A DNA stretch of 63,792 nucleotides, filler included, from Octopus bimaculoides (lineage: Eukaryota), in NCBI RefSeq assembly GCF_001194135.2. It is 5 parts of 5 records of this genome, joined end to end, with 100 filler letters (N's around TTAATTAATTAA, not from the genome) between each part and the next. Parts side by side here need not be neighbours in the genome. Positions count along the whole stretch, not along the records: positions 38,212 to 53,444 come from NC_069010.1; 4 more parts are not named here. One strand, given 5' to 3'. A program made the translations under genes and the position numbers. Numbering within the stretch: position 1 is the stretch's first letter; each line of letters begins with the position of its first letter. The notes beneath the pieces are model-generated. The model did not search any database. It was given only the letters and a program-made list of their open reading frames with translations, and had not been told where the DNA came from. Of this stretch, positions 38,769 through 51,264 are shown piece by piece.

Positions 38769-39139
38769 TATATATATAAAGTGGGATGGTCATAACTGGA
38801 GTACCTCAGGCTAAACAAGTAAATCCTTATGTTATGAAAGGGGAGGTGGTGCCCTTTAATGGAAGGCCCTACCCCTTCATCATCAGGAGCAGTGCTGCAT
38901 TTAATCGCTTACGTTGGCCTTGCGCATAATCTGTTTCCTAATCTCTCAGAGGGATTAACAAGCAACGTAGGGACACACAACCAACAGGTGGGGTGATATG
39001 GGGGGGGTCTCTAAACCCCTTTTGTTTTCCCTGCTTTCAGAAAAGGATTACCCTCATTCTTGTATTTTGTAGGGGTGGCGTGTGTGTGTGTGGGGGGGTT
39101 AGCTCCAGCTTGGCCCTGACCCAGCATATCTCTGATTAA

Positions 39140-39540
39140 AGGCGTTCCAGCTGTGACCACCCTGTCTTTTATTCAGACATTGTGTATCTAGGACTACATT
39201 ATCTAAAGTGTCCCGTCTTATTTTTGCTGTACAACCCCAGGTCAGTCTTGATCCAGTATACCTGTGGTCAAAGATATTCTGGCTGTGACCATCCTGTCTT
39301 TTATTCAGACATTGTGTATCTAGGACTACATTATCTAATGTGTCCTTCTTTGTTATTGTTTAACTCTTGGTCAGAGACCTATGATCACAGGTCTTCCAAC
39401 TGTGACCATCCTGTCTTTTATTAAGGCATAGTGTATCTAGGACTACATTTATTCCTACTTGCTCTTGTTTATCTCACCACGTCCGTCAGTCATGATTCAG
39501 CAGACATATGATCAGACAGTCCAGCCATGACCGACCTCTT
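39140..39540. repeat. ~120-130-bp minisatellite (family J), about 3.5 units
   Basis: GTGACCATCCTGTCTTTTATTCAGACAT.GTGTATCTAGGACTACATT at ~39153, 39285, 39402, 39527. Confidence 0.85.
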
Positions 39541-39940
39541 TAAGGATCATATGAGTTAACGTCTTTTTTTTTTTAAATGTGAGAGTTGAGTTAGACTTGG
39601 CTGCTATTTCTAGCACTTCTAGCAACCACCAGGGTGGCCTGGGTACTTTTTACGTGGTACCAGCACCAGTGAAGTCTGTTTTCACACACATACACACGCA
39701 TAGATATATATCTTTTATCTTTTACTTGTTTCAGCCAAACTGGCTATGATGGGGCACTTTTATTCAAATAAATCAACCCCAGTTGTTATTTTTTTTAAGC
39801 CTAGTACATATTCTATCAATCTCTTTTGTTGAACTGCTAAGTTATGGGGATGTGAACACATCAGCACCTGATGTCAAGTGGTGGTGGAGGACCAACACAG
39901 ACACAAAGACACACAAATATATACATACATGACGGGCTTC

Positions 39941-40299
39941 AGACCGCATTCAACGCTGTATTTGTAATGCTACAGGTCCTGATCTATTTTCTAAATTAGA
40001 TTTACTCTCTCATCATTCTTGTCTCTTTTCTATAAGTATTTTCGTGGACATTGTTCAACTGAGCTCTCTTCTCTGGTTCCTCCTTTAAGAACTTATCAGC
40101 AATCAACTAGACTTGCATCCAGTTCTCATCAGTATATTTTGTGCAACCTCCTAAGTGTCGTAAAGCACTTTACAATACCAGTTTCTTCCCTCGCACCTCT
40201 GAACTTTGGAATTCCCTTCCACAGTCTGGTTTTCCTCTTCAATATGACCTCCAATCTTTTAAGCCTAATATACATCATCACCTTTTGTCTTCTGTCTAG
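39941..40299 (+). mobile_element. CR1/Jockey-group LINE ORF2 3' end (pseudogenised)
   Basis: DRIQR...SLFYKYFRGHCSTELSSLVPP...STRLASSSHQY/QPPKCRKALYNTSFFPRTSELWNSLPQSGFPLQYDLQSFK, with two frameshifts. Confidence 0.75.
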
Positions 40300-40379
40300 T
40301 ATCCATTTTATTCTAGTAGCTCCTACATTTTCAGTGGTCCAAGATCCTTGTAACAAGCAAATGCTTAACAAAAAAAAAA

Positions 40380-40678
40380 TACCCAGCCAAAATATTGTTT
40401 GATGTTCAACCTACCCAGATTTGGCCTCTCACACCTACTCTACAATGTCATTCTAAAAATAAACAATCACATCATTGAAATCTCAAAGCTATGAGATAAT
40501 GCATGATTAATTCAAAACAAGGCCAGATCCAGCCTCTCACACCTACCCTATAATGTCATTCTAAAAATAAACAATTGCATCATTGAAATCTCAAAGCTAT
40601 GAGATAATGCATGATTCATTCAAAATAATATGAATAAATAAGGATTAAATTTGAGAAACTAATCTGAATGTTAAAGGA
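40380..40678. mobile_element. piggyBac-like MITE with internal 108-bp duplication, plus an adjacent inverted end at 40709-40760
   Basis: CAGAT...CCTCTCACACCTAC at 40416 and 40524; ends AATCTGAATGTTAAAGGA|TTAA; next copy starts TTAA|CCCTTTAACATTCAGATT. Confidence 0.7.
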
Positions 40679-41190
40679 TTAAGCCGAACACGTATTAAAT
40701 CTACTTAACCCTTTAACATTCAGATTATTCTATCAAATGTAACACTTATTTATCCACATTTATCCACAGGTGTGGATGTGTGGTAAGGAGCTTGCTTCCC
40801 AATGGTATCTCATTTTTTCTACATCATTCAACTTTATAATGATTTCATTATTTTCATTAATTTTTTAAAGTTTGAATCGAAACAGCTGTCAGAGATTACG
40901 TCTACTTTTGTAATTAATAAATATAATTATTAATTGATTATCTCTATTTTGTTATTTTTTTAAAATAAATATAAATCTTGGTTTATTTAATTACCTAATT
41001 TTGAATATTAAATCTAATATTCAAAATACATAATAGGTAAGAAACCAGTAAATCTATTGGATATTATTATCCCTTAATGAGGCTTGTTTAACATCTAATT
41101 GAACTTATATACATACATACATAAATACATATATATATACATATTTATTTATTTATTTATTTGCGAATATGTGTGTATATATATTTGTGA

Positions 41191-41229
<39 letters not shown>

Positions 41230-41521
41230 TGCAAGCATGATTGTGTGGTAAGTAGCTTGCTTACCAACCACATGGTTGCAGGTTCAGTCCCACTGAGTGA
41301 CACCTTGGATAAGTGTTTTCTACTAGAGCCCCAGGCTGACCAAAGCCTTCTGAGTGGATTTGGTAGACGGAAACTGAAAGAAGCCCATCATATATATCTA
41401 TATATTGTAAATGTATGTGTGTATATATATATATTGTGAATGTGTGTATGTATGTGTATATATATATATATTTATGAATGTGTGTGAATGTATATATGTG
41501 TGAGTGTGTATNNNNNNNNNN

Positions 41522-41572
<51 letters not shown>

Positions 41573-41763
41573 GCATGTGTATATGCAAGTGTGTCTATAT
41601 ATCTCTATGTATGTATGCATCTCATTTTCTCCTTTACCTCTTCTGTGTGTGTGTGTGTATGCACGCACAAATGCATATTTATATCTATTTATCAACACAC
41701 ACACACGGACGTACTCTGTCACGCATATCTTATATCTATATGTCTCTCTTATAAATATTTCAG

Positions 41764-41960
41764 GTCGGTTCGACCTAAAGGAGGAGACCGTTGAAGATCT
41801 GCTGTCCACTGCCTGTCTGCTTCAACTGTCCGAGGTGGTGGAGGCCTGCTGTAACTTCCTCATGAAACAACTCCATCCATCCAACTGTATTGGGATCCGA
41901 CAATTTGCTGATGCTCAGGGATGTATCGACCTGTACAAGGCCGCCAACAATTACGTTATG
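41764..41960 (+). CDS. KLHL5: Internal coding exon (197 nt, phase 1 to phase 0) of a kelch-like protein, KLHL1/4/5 subfamily; BTB end and BACK start
   Basis: Acceptor TTTCAG|GT, donor ATG|GTCAGT. Encodes (G)[65 protein letters not shown], closely matching the vertebrate KLHL5/KLHL1 [42 protein letters not shown] segment as recalled. Confidence 0.92.
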
Positions 41961-42014
41961 GTCAGTGTCTGTCTCTTTATCACAACCTCTACCAACTGTC
42001 CCTTTGTCTGTTTG

Positions 42015-42427
42015 TCTCTCTCTCTCTCTCTCACCTATCTACCATTATCTATCTATCTATCTCTCTCTCTATCTATCTATCTATCTAACACTGTTTGTCT
42101 GTCTCTCTCTTGTCTCTTTCTCTCGCTCTTGTCTTTTTCTCTTACTTATGTCTCTCTCTCATCTCACTCTCTCTCTCTCTCTCTCTCATCTCTCTCCCAT
42201 CTCGCTCTCTCTCTCTCTCTCTCTCATCTCGCTCTCTCTCTCACACATCTCTCTCTCTCTCTCATCTCGCTCTCTCTCATCTCGCTCTCTCTCTCTCTCT
42301 CTCTCCCATCTCGCTCTCTCTCTCATCTCGCTCTCTCTCTCTCATCTCGCTCTCTCTCTCTCTCTTGCTCTCTCTCTCACATCTCGCTCTCTTTCTCTCT
42401 CTCTCCCATCTCACTCTCTCTCTCTCC
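42015..42427. repeat. (TC)n-based degenerate repeat (ATCTCGCTCTCTC units)
   Basis: Pyrimidine tract just 3' of the KLHL donor, running into a gap. Confidence 0.9.
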
Positions 42428-43149
42428 NNNNNNNNNNNNNNNNNNNNNNNNNNNNNNNNNNNNNNNNNNNNNNNNNNNNNNNNNNNNNNNNNNNNNNNNN
42501 NNNNNNNNNNNNNNNNNNNNNNNNNNNNNNNNNNNNNNNNNNNNNNNNNNNNNNNNNNNNNNNNNNNNNNNNNNNNNNNNNNNNNNNNNNNNNNNNNNNN
42601 NNNNNNNNNNNNNNNNNNNNNNNNNNNNNNNNNNNNNNNNNNNNNNNNNNNNNNNNNNNNNNNNNNNNNNNNNNNNNNNNNNNNNNNNNNNNNNNNNNNN
42701 NNNNNNNNNNNNNNNNNNNNNNNNNNNNNNNNNNNNNNNNNNNNNNNNNNNNNNNNNNNNNNNNNNNNNNNNNNNNNNNNNNNNNNNNNNNNNNNNNNNN
42801 NNNNNNNNNNNNNNNNNNNNNNNNNNNNNNNNNNNNNNNNNNNNNNNNNNNNNNNNNNNNNNNNNNNNNNNNNNNNNNNNNNNNNNNNNNNNNNNNNNNN
42901 NNNNNNNNNNNNNNNNNNNNNNNNNNNNNNNNNNNNNNNNNNNNNNNNNNNNNNNNNNNNNNNNNNNNNNNNNNNNNNNNNNNNNNNNNNNNNNNNNNNN
43001 NNNNNNNNNNNNNNNNNNNNNNNNNNNNNNNNNNNNNNNNNNNNNNNNNNNNNNNNNNNNNNNNNNNNNNNNNNNNNNNNNNNNNNNNNNNNNNNNNNNN
43101 NNNNNNNNNNNNNNNNNNNNNNNNNNNNNNNNNNNNNNNNNAACATGGT

Positions 43150-43355
43150 ATCGAAAAATTCCTGGACTACTTATGTTTAATATAGTTCTATATTTAAGAG
43201 ATGAGGAATTATGTACATTATTTACATTTGATGGATATTTGTCCTCATCTTGTTTGTTGTTAACACAGCGTTTCGGCTGATATACCCTCCAGCCTTCATC
43301 AGGTGTCTTGGGGAAATTTCAAACCTGTGTTCTCAGTCCTAAGGTATTTTTCGAT
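43150..43355 (-). mobile_element. Penelope pseudo-LTR-type repeat carrying a hammerhead motif; partial inverted copy at 43616-43664
   Basis: 43214-43262 is inverted to 43616-43664 (1 mismatch); contains the hammerhead below. Confidence 0.65.
43262..43307 (-). ncRNA. Minimal type-I hammerhead ribozyme, canonical core, one likely inactivating change
   Basis: GACAC-CTGATGA-A-GGCTG(gagggtatat)CAGCC-GAAA-CG-CT-GTGTT: canonical core, perfect 5-bp stem II, 5-bp stem I; the U16.1 position is C (GCU rather than GUH). Confidence 0.75.
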
Positions 43356-43537
43356 GTAAAAAGCACCCACTACACTCTCGGAGTGGTTGGCATTAGGAAG
43401 GGCATCCAGCTGTAGAAACTCTGCCAGGTTAGATTGGAGTTTGGTGTAGCCATCTGGTTCGCCAGTCCCCAGTCAAATCGTCCAACCCATGCTAGCATGA
43501 AAAGCGGACGTTAAATGACGACGACGATGATGATGAT

Positions 43538-43607
43538 TCGGGTCACTGTCTGGAATTGAACTCGGAATCTTGGGGTTAGTAGACCGCGCTCTTAACCACT
43601 ACGCCAT
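43538..43607 (-). mobile_element. tRNA-derived SINE head (isolated)
   Basis: ATGGCGTAGTGGTTAAGAGCGCGG...GAGTTCAATTCC with A and B boxes. Confidence 0.6.
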
Positions 43608-43946
43608 AATAATAATAACAACAAACAAGATGAGGACAAATATCCGTCAAATGTAAATAATGTATCTTCCAGGGATGTATCTTCCCGTGCCACAAGAAAT
43701 ATTGCGTNNNNNNNNNNNNNNNNNNNNNNNNNNNNNNNNNNNNNNNNNNNNNNNNNNNNNNNNNNNNNNNNNNNNNNNNNNNNNNNNNNNNNNNNNNNNN
43801 NNTAAACAAACAAAGTTTGCTTTTTAGAAGCGTTGAGATGTCTTTTAGAAAGTTAAAGAAGTGATTTTAAATTCTCAATCGCAGAATAATGCTAATAATA
43901 TAGCCTGAACAGGATAAACTACCCCTATTTTGAAGAGAAAAGTGTA

Positions 43947-44024
43947 GGTGGCTAGCTGTGGACTCGAACTCACATCCCCGTGATTACATGTCACGATGCT
44001 TTGAACGATTAAGCTAAACTACCC
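43947..44024 (-). pseudogene. tRNA-like cloverleaf (anticodon TGT, Thr-like) inside a ~310-bp direct-repeat unit
   Basis: GGGTAGT..GCTT(D)AAGC..CGTGA-CATGTAA-TCACG..GTGAG-TTCGAGT-CCAC..GCTAGCC-A: perfect D and anticodon stems, 1-nt deletion in T stem, A at position 33. A 60-bp flank repeats at 43803 and ~44113. Confidence 0.55.
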
Positions 44025-44181
44025 ACTACAAATTCCTCTGCAAATTAAGATACATAAATCTCGCTTTATGAGACGCTCTCATACGTTAAATTCAAATTAC
44101 GACAAACGTAAATAAACAAACGAAGTTTGCTTTTTAGAAGCGTTGAGATGTCTTTTAGAAAGTTAAAGAAATGATTTTTTT

Positions 44182-44383
44182 GTTCTTGCTCATGACAAAA
44201 ATCGCAGACTACAGCAGACATGTGACCACAAAAACAATTTGCGAAGGAAGCACAGTAATGTCACTCAGCACACAGCCTCAATGTAGGTCACTGCTAGATG
44301 ATCTCACCGTGCACGCAACCATGTGCTGCCATCTGTTGGTGTGCTGCAGAACTAGTCCGGGAACTTTTTGATACCGCCTTGTG
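44182..44383 (-). mobile_element. Mariner 5' end fragment, same family as 13405-14211
   Basis: Colinear with 14010-14211 (CATGACAAAAATCG...TGCACGCAACC...TAGTCCGG.AACTTTTTGATAC). Confidence 0.8.
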
Positions 44384-44524
44384 TATTTACAATGTGAAGG
44401 CCTGAGTAATTTGGTAGGGGGCAGTTTAAGGGGGCCACTGGGTTAGGGTGCGTGTTGCCAAGGCTCTCTTTGAATGGTTTCATAGATATGTGTGTCTCTG
44501 TGGTGGGGTGTTGTGGTTAATGGT

Positions 44525-45165
44525 GCTTCCAGCCGTGACCATCCTGCCTTTTATTCAGGCATAGTATGTCTAGGACTATATTACCTAATGTGTCCTTCCT
44601 TGTTTTGTTTTTAACCTCAAGCTAGTTCTGATCCAGTGGACCTATGATTAAAAGCGCTACAGCCATGACCATCCTGTCTTTTATTCAGACATAGTGCACC
44701 TAGGACTATATTATCTAATGTGTCCTATGTATTTAGCCCCAGGTTAGTCTTGATCCAGAAGACCTATGATCAAACATGTTCTGTGATCATTCAAACATAT
44801 TCTGTGATCATTCTGTCTTTTATACAGACAGTTTATCTAGGACTACATTATTTAAAGTATCCTTCCTAGTCCCTATCATCAAAAGCTTTCCAAATGTGAC
44901 CATCCTGTTTTTTATTCAGACATAGTGTATCTAGGACTAAATGTGTCATTCTTTGTTGGTAGCATTTTTTTTTTAGCCCCAGATCATTCCTGATCCAGTA
45001 GACCTATGATTAATCAGACAATCTAGTTGTGAGCATCCTGCCTATTATTCATGCATAGTATATCTAGAATTACCTCATCCAGTGTGTTCTTCCATGCTTA
45101 AGATGATAGGGTGTGATTTTCAGAAGATTCGACTGTCATGTCTAGGATTTCCTGCAACCATGACT
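44525..45165. repeat. Family J minisatellite, about 5-6 units
   Basis: Units at ~44535, 44665, 44804, 44896, 45029; same orientation as the 39.1-kb array. Confidence 0.85.
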
Positions 45166-45270
45166 GTGTGTATGTGCGTAGGACCGTGTACATGCTTGTG
45201 TGTGTGTGTGTGTGCACATGTGTGTTTGTGCATGTGTGTTTTTTTGCATCTGCGTATGTGTGTGTGAGTA

Positions 45271-45656
45271 GAGGCACAATGGCCCAGTGGTTAGGGCAGC
45301 GGACTCGCGGTCATAGGATCACAGTTTCGATTCCCAGACCGGGCGTTGTGAGTGTTTATTGAGCGAAAACACCTAAAGCTCCACGAGGCTCCGGCAGGGG
45401 ATGGTGGCGAACCCTGCTGTACTCTTTCACCACAACTTTCTCTCACTCTTACTTCCTATTTCTGTTGTGCCTGTAATTCAAAGGGCCAGCCTTGTCACAC
45501 TGTGTGTCACGCTGAATATCCCCGAGAACTACGTTAAGGGTACACGTGTCTGTGGAGTGCTCAGCCACTTGCACGTTAATTTCACGAGCAGGCTGTTCCG
45601 TTGATCGGATCAACTGGAACCCTCGACGTGGTAAGCGACGGAGTGCCAACAACAAC
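45271..45656 (+). mobile_element. SINE family E, full length
   Basis: tRNA-like head through to (CAA)n tail. Confidence 0.9.
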
Positions 45657-45759
45657 ATACATAAATGTGTGTGTGTGTTTGTGCCTGCATATCCCTAGGT
45701 GTGTTGACAGTCTGTAGGTTTGTGTCTGTGTGTGTGTGTGTCTATAAGTGTCTGTATGT

Positions 45760-45795
<36 letters not shown>

Positions 45796-46597
45796 TGTGT
45801 GACATTGAGATATGGTGGTGATGGAGTATGAGAGAAGGAAGACAGAATATTGTGTCTTTGATGAGCACACATATATATATATATATATATGTATANNNNN
45901 NNNNNNNNNNNNNNNNNNNNNNNNNNNNNNNNNNNNNNNNNNNNNNNNNNNNNNNNNNNNNNNNNNNNNNNNNNNNNNNNNNNNNNNNNNNNNNNNNNNN
46001 NNNNNNNNNNNNNNNNNNNNNNNNNNNNNNNNNNNNNNNNNNNNNNNNNNNNNNNNNNNNNNNNNNNNNNNNNNNNNNNNNNNNNNNNNNNNNNNNNNNN
46101 NNNNNNNNNNNNNNNNNNNNNNNNNNNNNNNNNNNNNNNNNNNNNNNNNNNNNNNNNNNNNNNNNNNNNNNNNNNNNNNNNNNNNNNNNNNNNNNNNNNN
46201 NNNNNNNNNNNNNNNNNNNNNNNNNNNNNNNNNNNNNNNNNNNNNNNNNNNNNNNNNNNNNNNNNNNNNNNNNNNNNNNNNNNNNNNNNNNNNNNNNNNN
46301 NNNNNNNNNNNNNNNNNNNNNNNNNNNNNNNNNNNNNNNNNNNNNNNNNNNNNNNNNNNNNNNNNNNNNNNNNNNNNNNNNNNNNNNNNNNNNNNNNNNN
46401 NNNNNNNNNNNNNNNNNNNNNNNNNNNNNNNNNNNNNNNNNNNNNNNNNNNNNNNNNNNNNNNNNNNNNNNNNNNNNNNNNNNNNNNNNNNNNNNNNNNN
46501 NNNNNNNNNNNNNNNNNNNNNNNNNNNNNNNNNNNNNNNNNNNNNNNNNNNNNNNNNNNNNNNNNNNNNNNNNNNNNNNNNNNNNNNNNNNNNNNNN

Positions 46598-46638
<41 letters not shown>

Positions 46639-46989
46639 TGTGTGTGTGTGGATGTTTGTATGTGCATGGATGTGTGGATGTGTATTTGTGTTTGTGTGGA
46701 TGTGTGTGTGTGTGTCTGTTTGAGTCTGTATGTCTGTAGATGCGTGTGTGTGTGTTTAAGCCTGTGTGTCTCTGTGTATGTGTCTGTAGGTGTGTACTTG
46801 TAGGTTGTGTGTGTGTGTGATGTTGAGACAAGGGTGGTGGCAATGGTAAGGGCTGCAGCAGCGGCAGTGGTGGAGTGTGATACAGGGAGAGACAAGACAA
46901 TACTGTTGTTGTTGCTGCTGTAGTGTGTCTGTCTGTTTGTCTGACTCATCACTGTGGAATGTTGTGTGATTCTTCATGTGGATTCACAA

Positions 46990-47800
46990 TAGACATTGTT
47001 GTGTGATGGTGGTGGTGGTGGTGGTGTTAGTGGTGTGCTAATGGCAGTGGTGGTGGTGGTGATTATAGTTATTGGCATGCCAATACCAGTGTTGGTGGTG
47101 GTGGTGGCGGTAATGAAGGTGATGATTGTTGGTGTAGTGGTGGTGGTAGCAGTAATGAAGGTGATGATTGTTGGTGTAGTGGTAGTGGTGGTGGTGGTGG
47201 CAGTAATGAAGGTGATGATTGTTGGTGTAGTGGTGGTGGTGGTGGCTGTTGCTGTTTCTGGGGTAGTAGTAATGGTAGTGATTGCTGTTGTTGTTGTGGT
47301 AGCGGTGATGCAGTTACAGTGTGTAGTGGTGGTGATTGCTGGTATGGTGATTGCGGTTTGTGTGGTAGTACAGATGATGAGGAGGTGAGAATTAGAAGTG
47401 GTGTTTATGGGGATTGTTGTTGCGGAGGTGGTAGTGGCGATGTGGTTGCGGTTTGTGCAGTAGTACAGGTGGTGAGGTGAGAATCGGTAGTGGTTGCCAT
47501 GGAGGTAGTGGTTTTAATAGTGATTGTTGTTGTTGTTGGCAATGTAGTTCGGGTGGTGATTGCAGTTTGTGTGCTGGTGGTAGTGGTGGTGAAGAGATGA
47601 GAGACGGTAGTAATTATTGGTGAGGTTGTGAGGTTGGTATAGTATTTGTGAGTGGTGGGCAGATTAGAGGAACATGGTAGTTGTGGTGGTGGTGGTGGTC
47701 TTGTGTTTGTGTTGTGGTAGTGGTTGTTGTGGTAGTATGATGGTTTGTATTTGTTGTGGTGATGGTTGTGCTTCATTGAATACACGTTGTTTGTGTTGTG
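46990..47800. repeat. GT-rich low complexity with short minisatellite units
   Basis: GTAATGAAGGTGATGATTGTTGGTGTA x3 (~47110-47228); GTGATTGC.GTTTGTG x3. Confidence 0.8.
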
Positions 47801-49621
47801 GTGGTCAGGGCCATCTTAAAACATGAACATACCAGGCAGTTGCCCAGGGGGCCTCCCTAGTCTCGGGGTGCCAATTCTGATCTATAGGCACATGCGTGGC
47901 TGTGTGGTGGGAAGCTTGCTTCCGAACCCCATGGTTCCGGTTTCAGTCCCACTGCGTGGCACCTTGGGCAATACTATAGCCTCGGGTTGTGAGTGGATTT
48001 GGTAGAAGGAAACTGAAAGAAGCCTGTCGTATATGTGTGTGTGTCTTCGTGTTTGCACCCCACCCCCCAACCACCACCACCACCTCTTGACCACCAGTGT
48101 TGGTGTGTTTGCATCCCTGTAACCTAGCAGTTTGGCAAAAGAGACTGATAGAGTAAGTACCATATATATNNNNNNNNNNNNNNNNNNNNNNNNNNNNNNN
48201 NNNNNNNNNNNNNNNNNNNNNNNNNNNNNNNNNNNNNNNNNNNNNNNNNNNNNNNNNNNNNATAGAAAAAAATTAAGGTACTCAGAAATCTGGATGGTTG
48301 TACATTTACAGATTTTTATTAATGTCACATGTTTTATAAATCATATAAAGCGCTTTTCACCTAGTCTTGTAGGATTTTCAAATTTTTGATTTCACCTTGC
48401 GATATATAGTTTTATTGAGTGTGTAGGGGTGGAGAGAGATATATATAGGATAGTAAGAGAGGGTGAGGAATGGAGGGAAAAGTGAGAGAGAGAGTGTGTG
48501 TGTGTGCCTGTGTATCTGAAAGGCGTGTCAATGGGAAAGAGAAAAGAAGAAATTGGTGGTGGTGGAAAGTAAGCTGGACCCTGGGGTGGCTGGGTGCTGG
48601 AGGTATCTTTTACCTTTTGCTTGTTTCACTCATTTGACTGTGGCCATGCTGGGGCACCATCTTGAAGGGTTTTTAGTTGACTGTATAGCCCCCTGTACTT
48701 AATTCTTATAAGCCTAGTAACTTATTCTATCGGTTGTCAAGCACTGGTGAGACACACACACACACACACACACGTATGATGGTCTTCTTTCATTTTCCAT
48801 CTACCAAATTTACTCGCAAGGCTTTGGTCAGCCCTAGGCTATAGTAGAAGACACTTGCCCAAGCTGCCATGCAATGGGACTGAACCTGGGACCTTGTGGT
48901 AGGGAAGAAAACTTCTTAGCCATGCCTGTGCTTGTATGCTCCTTTTCTTTTATTGTTTTACTGGAGGTGTTTCATTTTTGTTTTCTTTTTTCCCTTTAAT
49001 TTCTTAAATCCAAGCACTGCTGTCACCCCCTTCCCCCCACTGCCATTCAATCAACACCACCACCACCACTGCCACCCTCTTCTTTACTCTCCCCACTACC
49101 ACTTTCCCCACTTTTCTTCCTTTCCTACTTTGTCATCTCCACCCCACCCACTCTCCCTTTTTTTTTCTCCAACCACCACCACTGTCGCCTCCACCACTTT
49201 TGACGTTTCAAATTATTGTCCTCTTGTAAGTTTCGCAAATTAATTTAATTAAATAATTATAGAATTATCNNNNNNNNNNNNNNNNNNNNNNNNNNNNNNN
49301 NNNNNNNNNNNNNNNNNNNNNNNNNNNNNNNNNNNNNNNNNNNNNNNNNNNNNNNNNNNNNNNNNNNNNNNNNNNNNNNNNNNNNNNNNNNNNNNNNNNN
49401 NNNNNNNNNNNNNNNNNNNNNNNNNNNNNNNNNNNNNNNNNNNNNNNNNNNNNNNNNNNNNNCTATCTCTGGTGGGTGGTGGTGGTGGTGGTGGTGGTGG
49501 TATTGACACCAGTCAACTCATCCTGCCCCTCCCCACTTTTCCCTATTTCCTTCTTCCACCACCACTATCATCATCATTATTGTCATCAACAGCAACATTG
49601 TCACCACTACCACCACCACCT

Positions 49622-49711
49622 ACGGATACCATCACCACAACCACCACCACCACCCACGGATACCATCACCACAACCACCACCACCACCCACGGATACCAT
49701 CACCACAACCA
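49622..49711. repeat. 34-bp minisatellite x3
   Basis: ACGGATACCATCACCACAACC at 49622, 49656, 49690. Confidence 0.85.
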
Positions 49712-50194
49712 TCCTTGTAAACTTCCCTCACCTCTTCCTCCTCCTGTTGGCCTGTACACCCCAACAGACTCTCAACTCCCATTTAGTAATAAACTCAAAA
49801 GTTTCCATTAGCTTGTGTTATGTCTATGTATCTATGAAAATGAAAGCAGGGACACTAAAATGCATTGTCCGTGCCTGCAACACCATGTCAGTATGAGTGT
49901 GTTGAAAACATTATGATATCTGTTTGGCAGCTGATGATGGCACTATGTTTGTGGTACTTGTTATCTGTGAATGTTTTGTATCTTTTGTTCTCATCATTCT
50001 AAGTTGTCCTTCATTGTTGTAGGGTTGACCTTATTGAATTATTCTTTGTTTCTTGGTTTTATGGTGCTTTTGTTGCAAATTTTATACCATACATTGATTG
50101 TCCTTCATAGGGTATCTACTGGTGTGTCTGTCTGTCTATCTGTCTTCTATATCTATCTGCCTATCTATCTTCCATCTCTCTCTCGCACTCTCTT

Positions 50195-50232
<38 letters not shown>

Positions 50233-50650
50233 ACTCTCCCCCATCTATCTTCCATCTGTCTCTCTTCATAACTATCTATCTTCCGTCTGTCTGTCTGTCT
50301 GTCTGTCTATCTTCCATCTTTGTCTGTCTATCTATCTATCTATCTTCCATCTCTTTCTCTCTCTCTCTCTCTCCCTATCCATCTCTCTTCTGTCTCTGTC
50401 TCTTTCCCTGTCTATCTATCTTCCGTCTCTCTCTCTCTCTCCCCCATCTATCTTCCATCTCTGTCTTTCTCCATAACTAAGTATCTTCCGTCTCTCTCTC
50501 TCTCTCCCAATCCATTTATCTTCTGACTCTCTCTCTCTCTCTCTCCCAATCTATCTTCCATCTATCTATCTATCTCTTCTATATCTCTCTATACACACAT
50601 ACATACATCCATGCCTGCATGTATAGCTATAGTAGAAGTCACTTGTTCAG

Positions 50651-51212
50651 CAGGTATTGCTGTGTGGTTAAGAAGCTTGCTTTTGCTTCCCAAACACATG
50701 GCTCTGGGTTCACTCCCACTGCGTGGCACCTTGGGCAAGTGTCTTCTATTAAAACCCTGGGCAAACTGTAGCGTTGTGAGTAGATTTGGGAAACAAAAAC
50801 TGAAAGAAGCCCATCTGGTGTGTGTGTGTTTGTCTCCCAGCACTGCTTGACAACTGGTGTTGGTTTGTTTATGTCTCCGTAACTTAGTCATTTGGCAATA
50901 GAGACCGATAGAAAAACTGACCCCAGAACTTTTCTTTTTAAGCCTGTTGCCTATTCTGTCAGTGTCTATTGCCAAACCGCTAAGTTACCAGGTGTAAACA
51001 AACCAACACTGGCTGTCAAGTGGTGCTGGAGGACACACAAACACACATACATGACAGGCTTCTTTCAGTTTCCATCTACCAAACCCACTCACAAGGCTTC
51101 AGTTGGCTCAAGGTTATAGTAGAAATTACTTGCCTGAGGTGTTACGCAGTGGGACTGAACCTTGAACAATGTGGTTGTGAAAGAAGCTTCTTACCGCACA
51201 GCCATGCCTGCA
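50651..51212. mobile_element. Two family-C SINEs in inverted (tail-to-tail) orientation
   Basis: + copy ~50651-50913, - copy ~50918-51212. Confidence 0.8.
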
Positions 51213-51223
51213 CACACACACAC

Positions 51224-51264
<41 letters not shown>

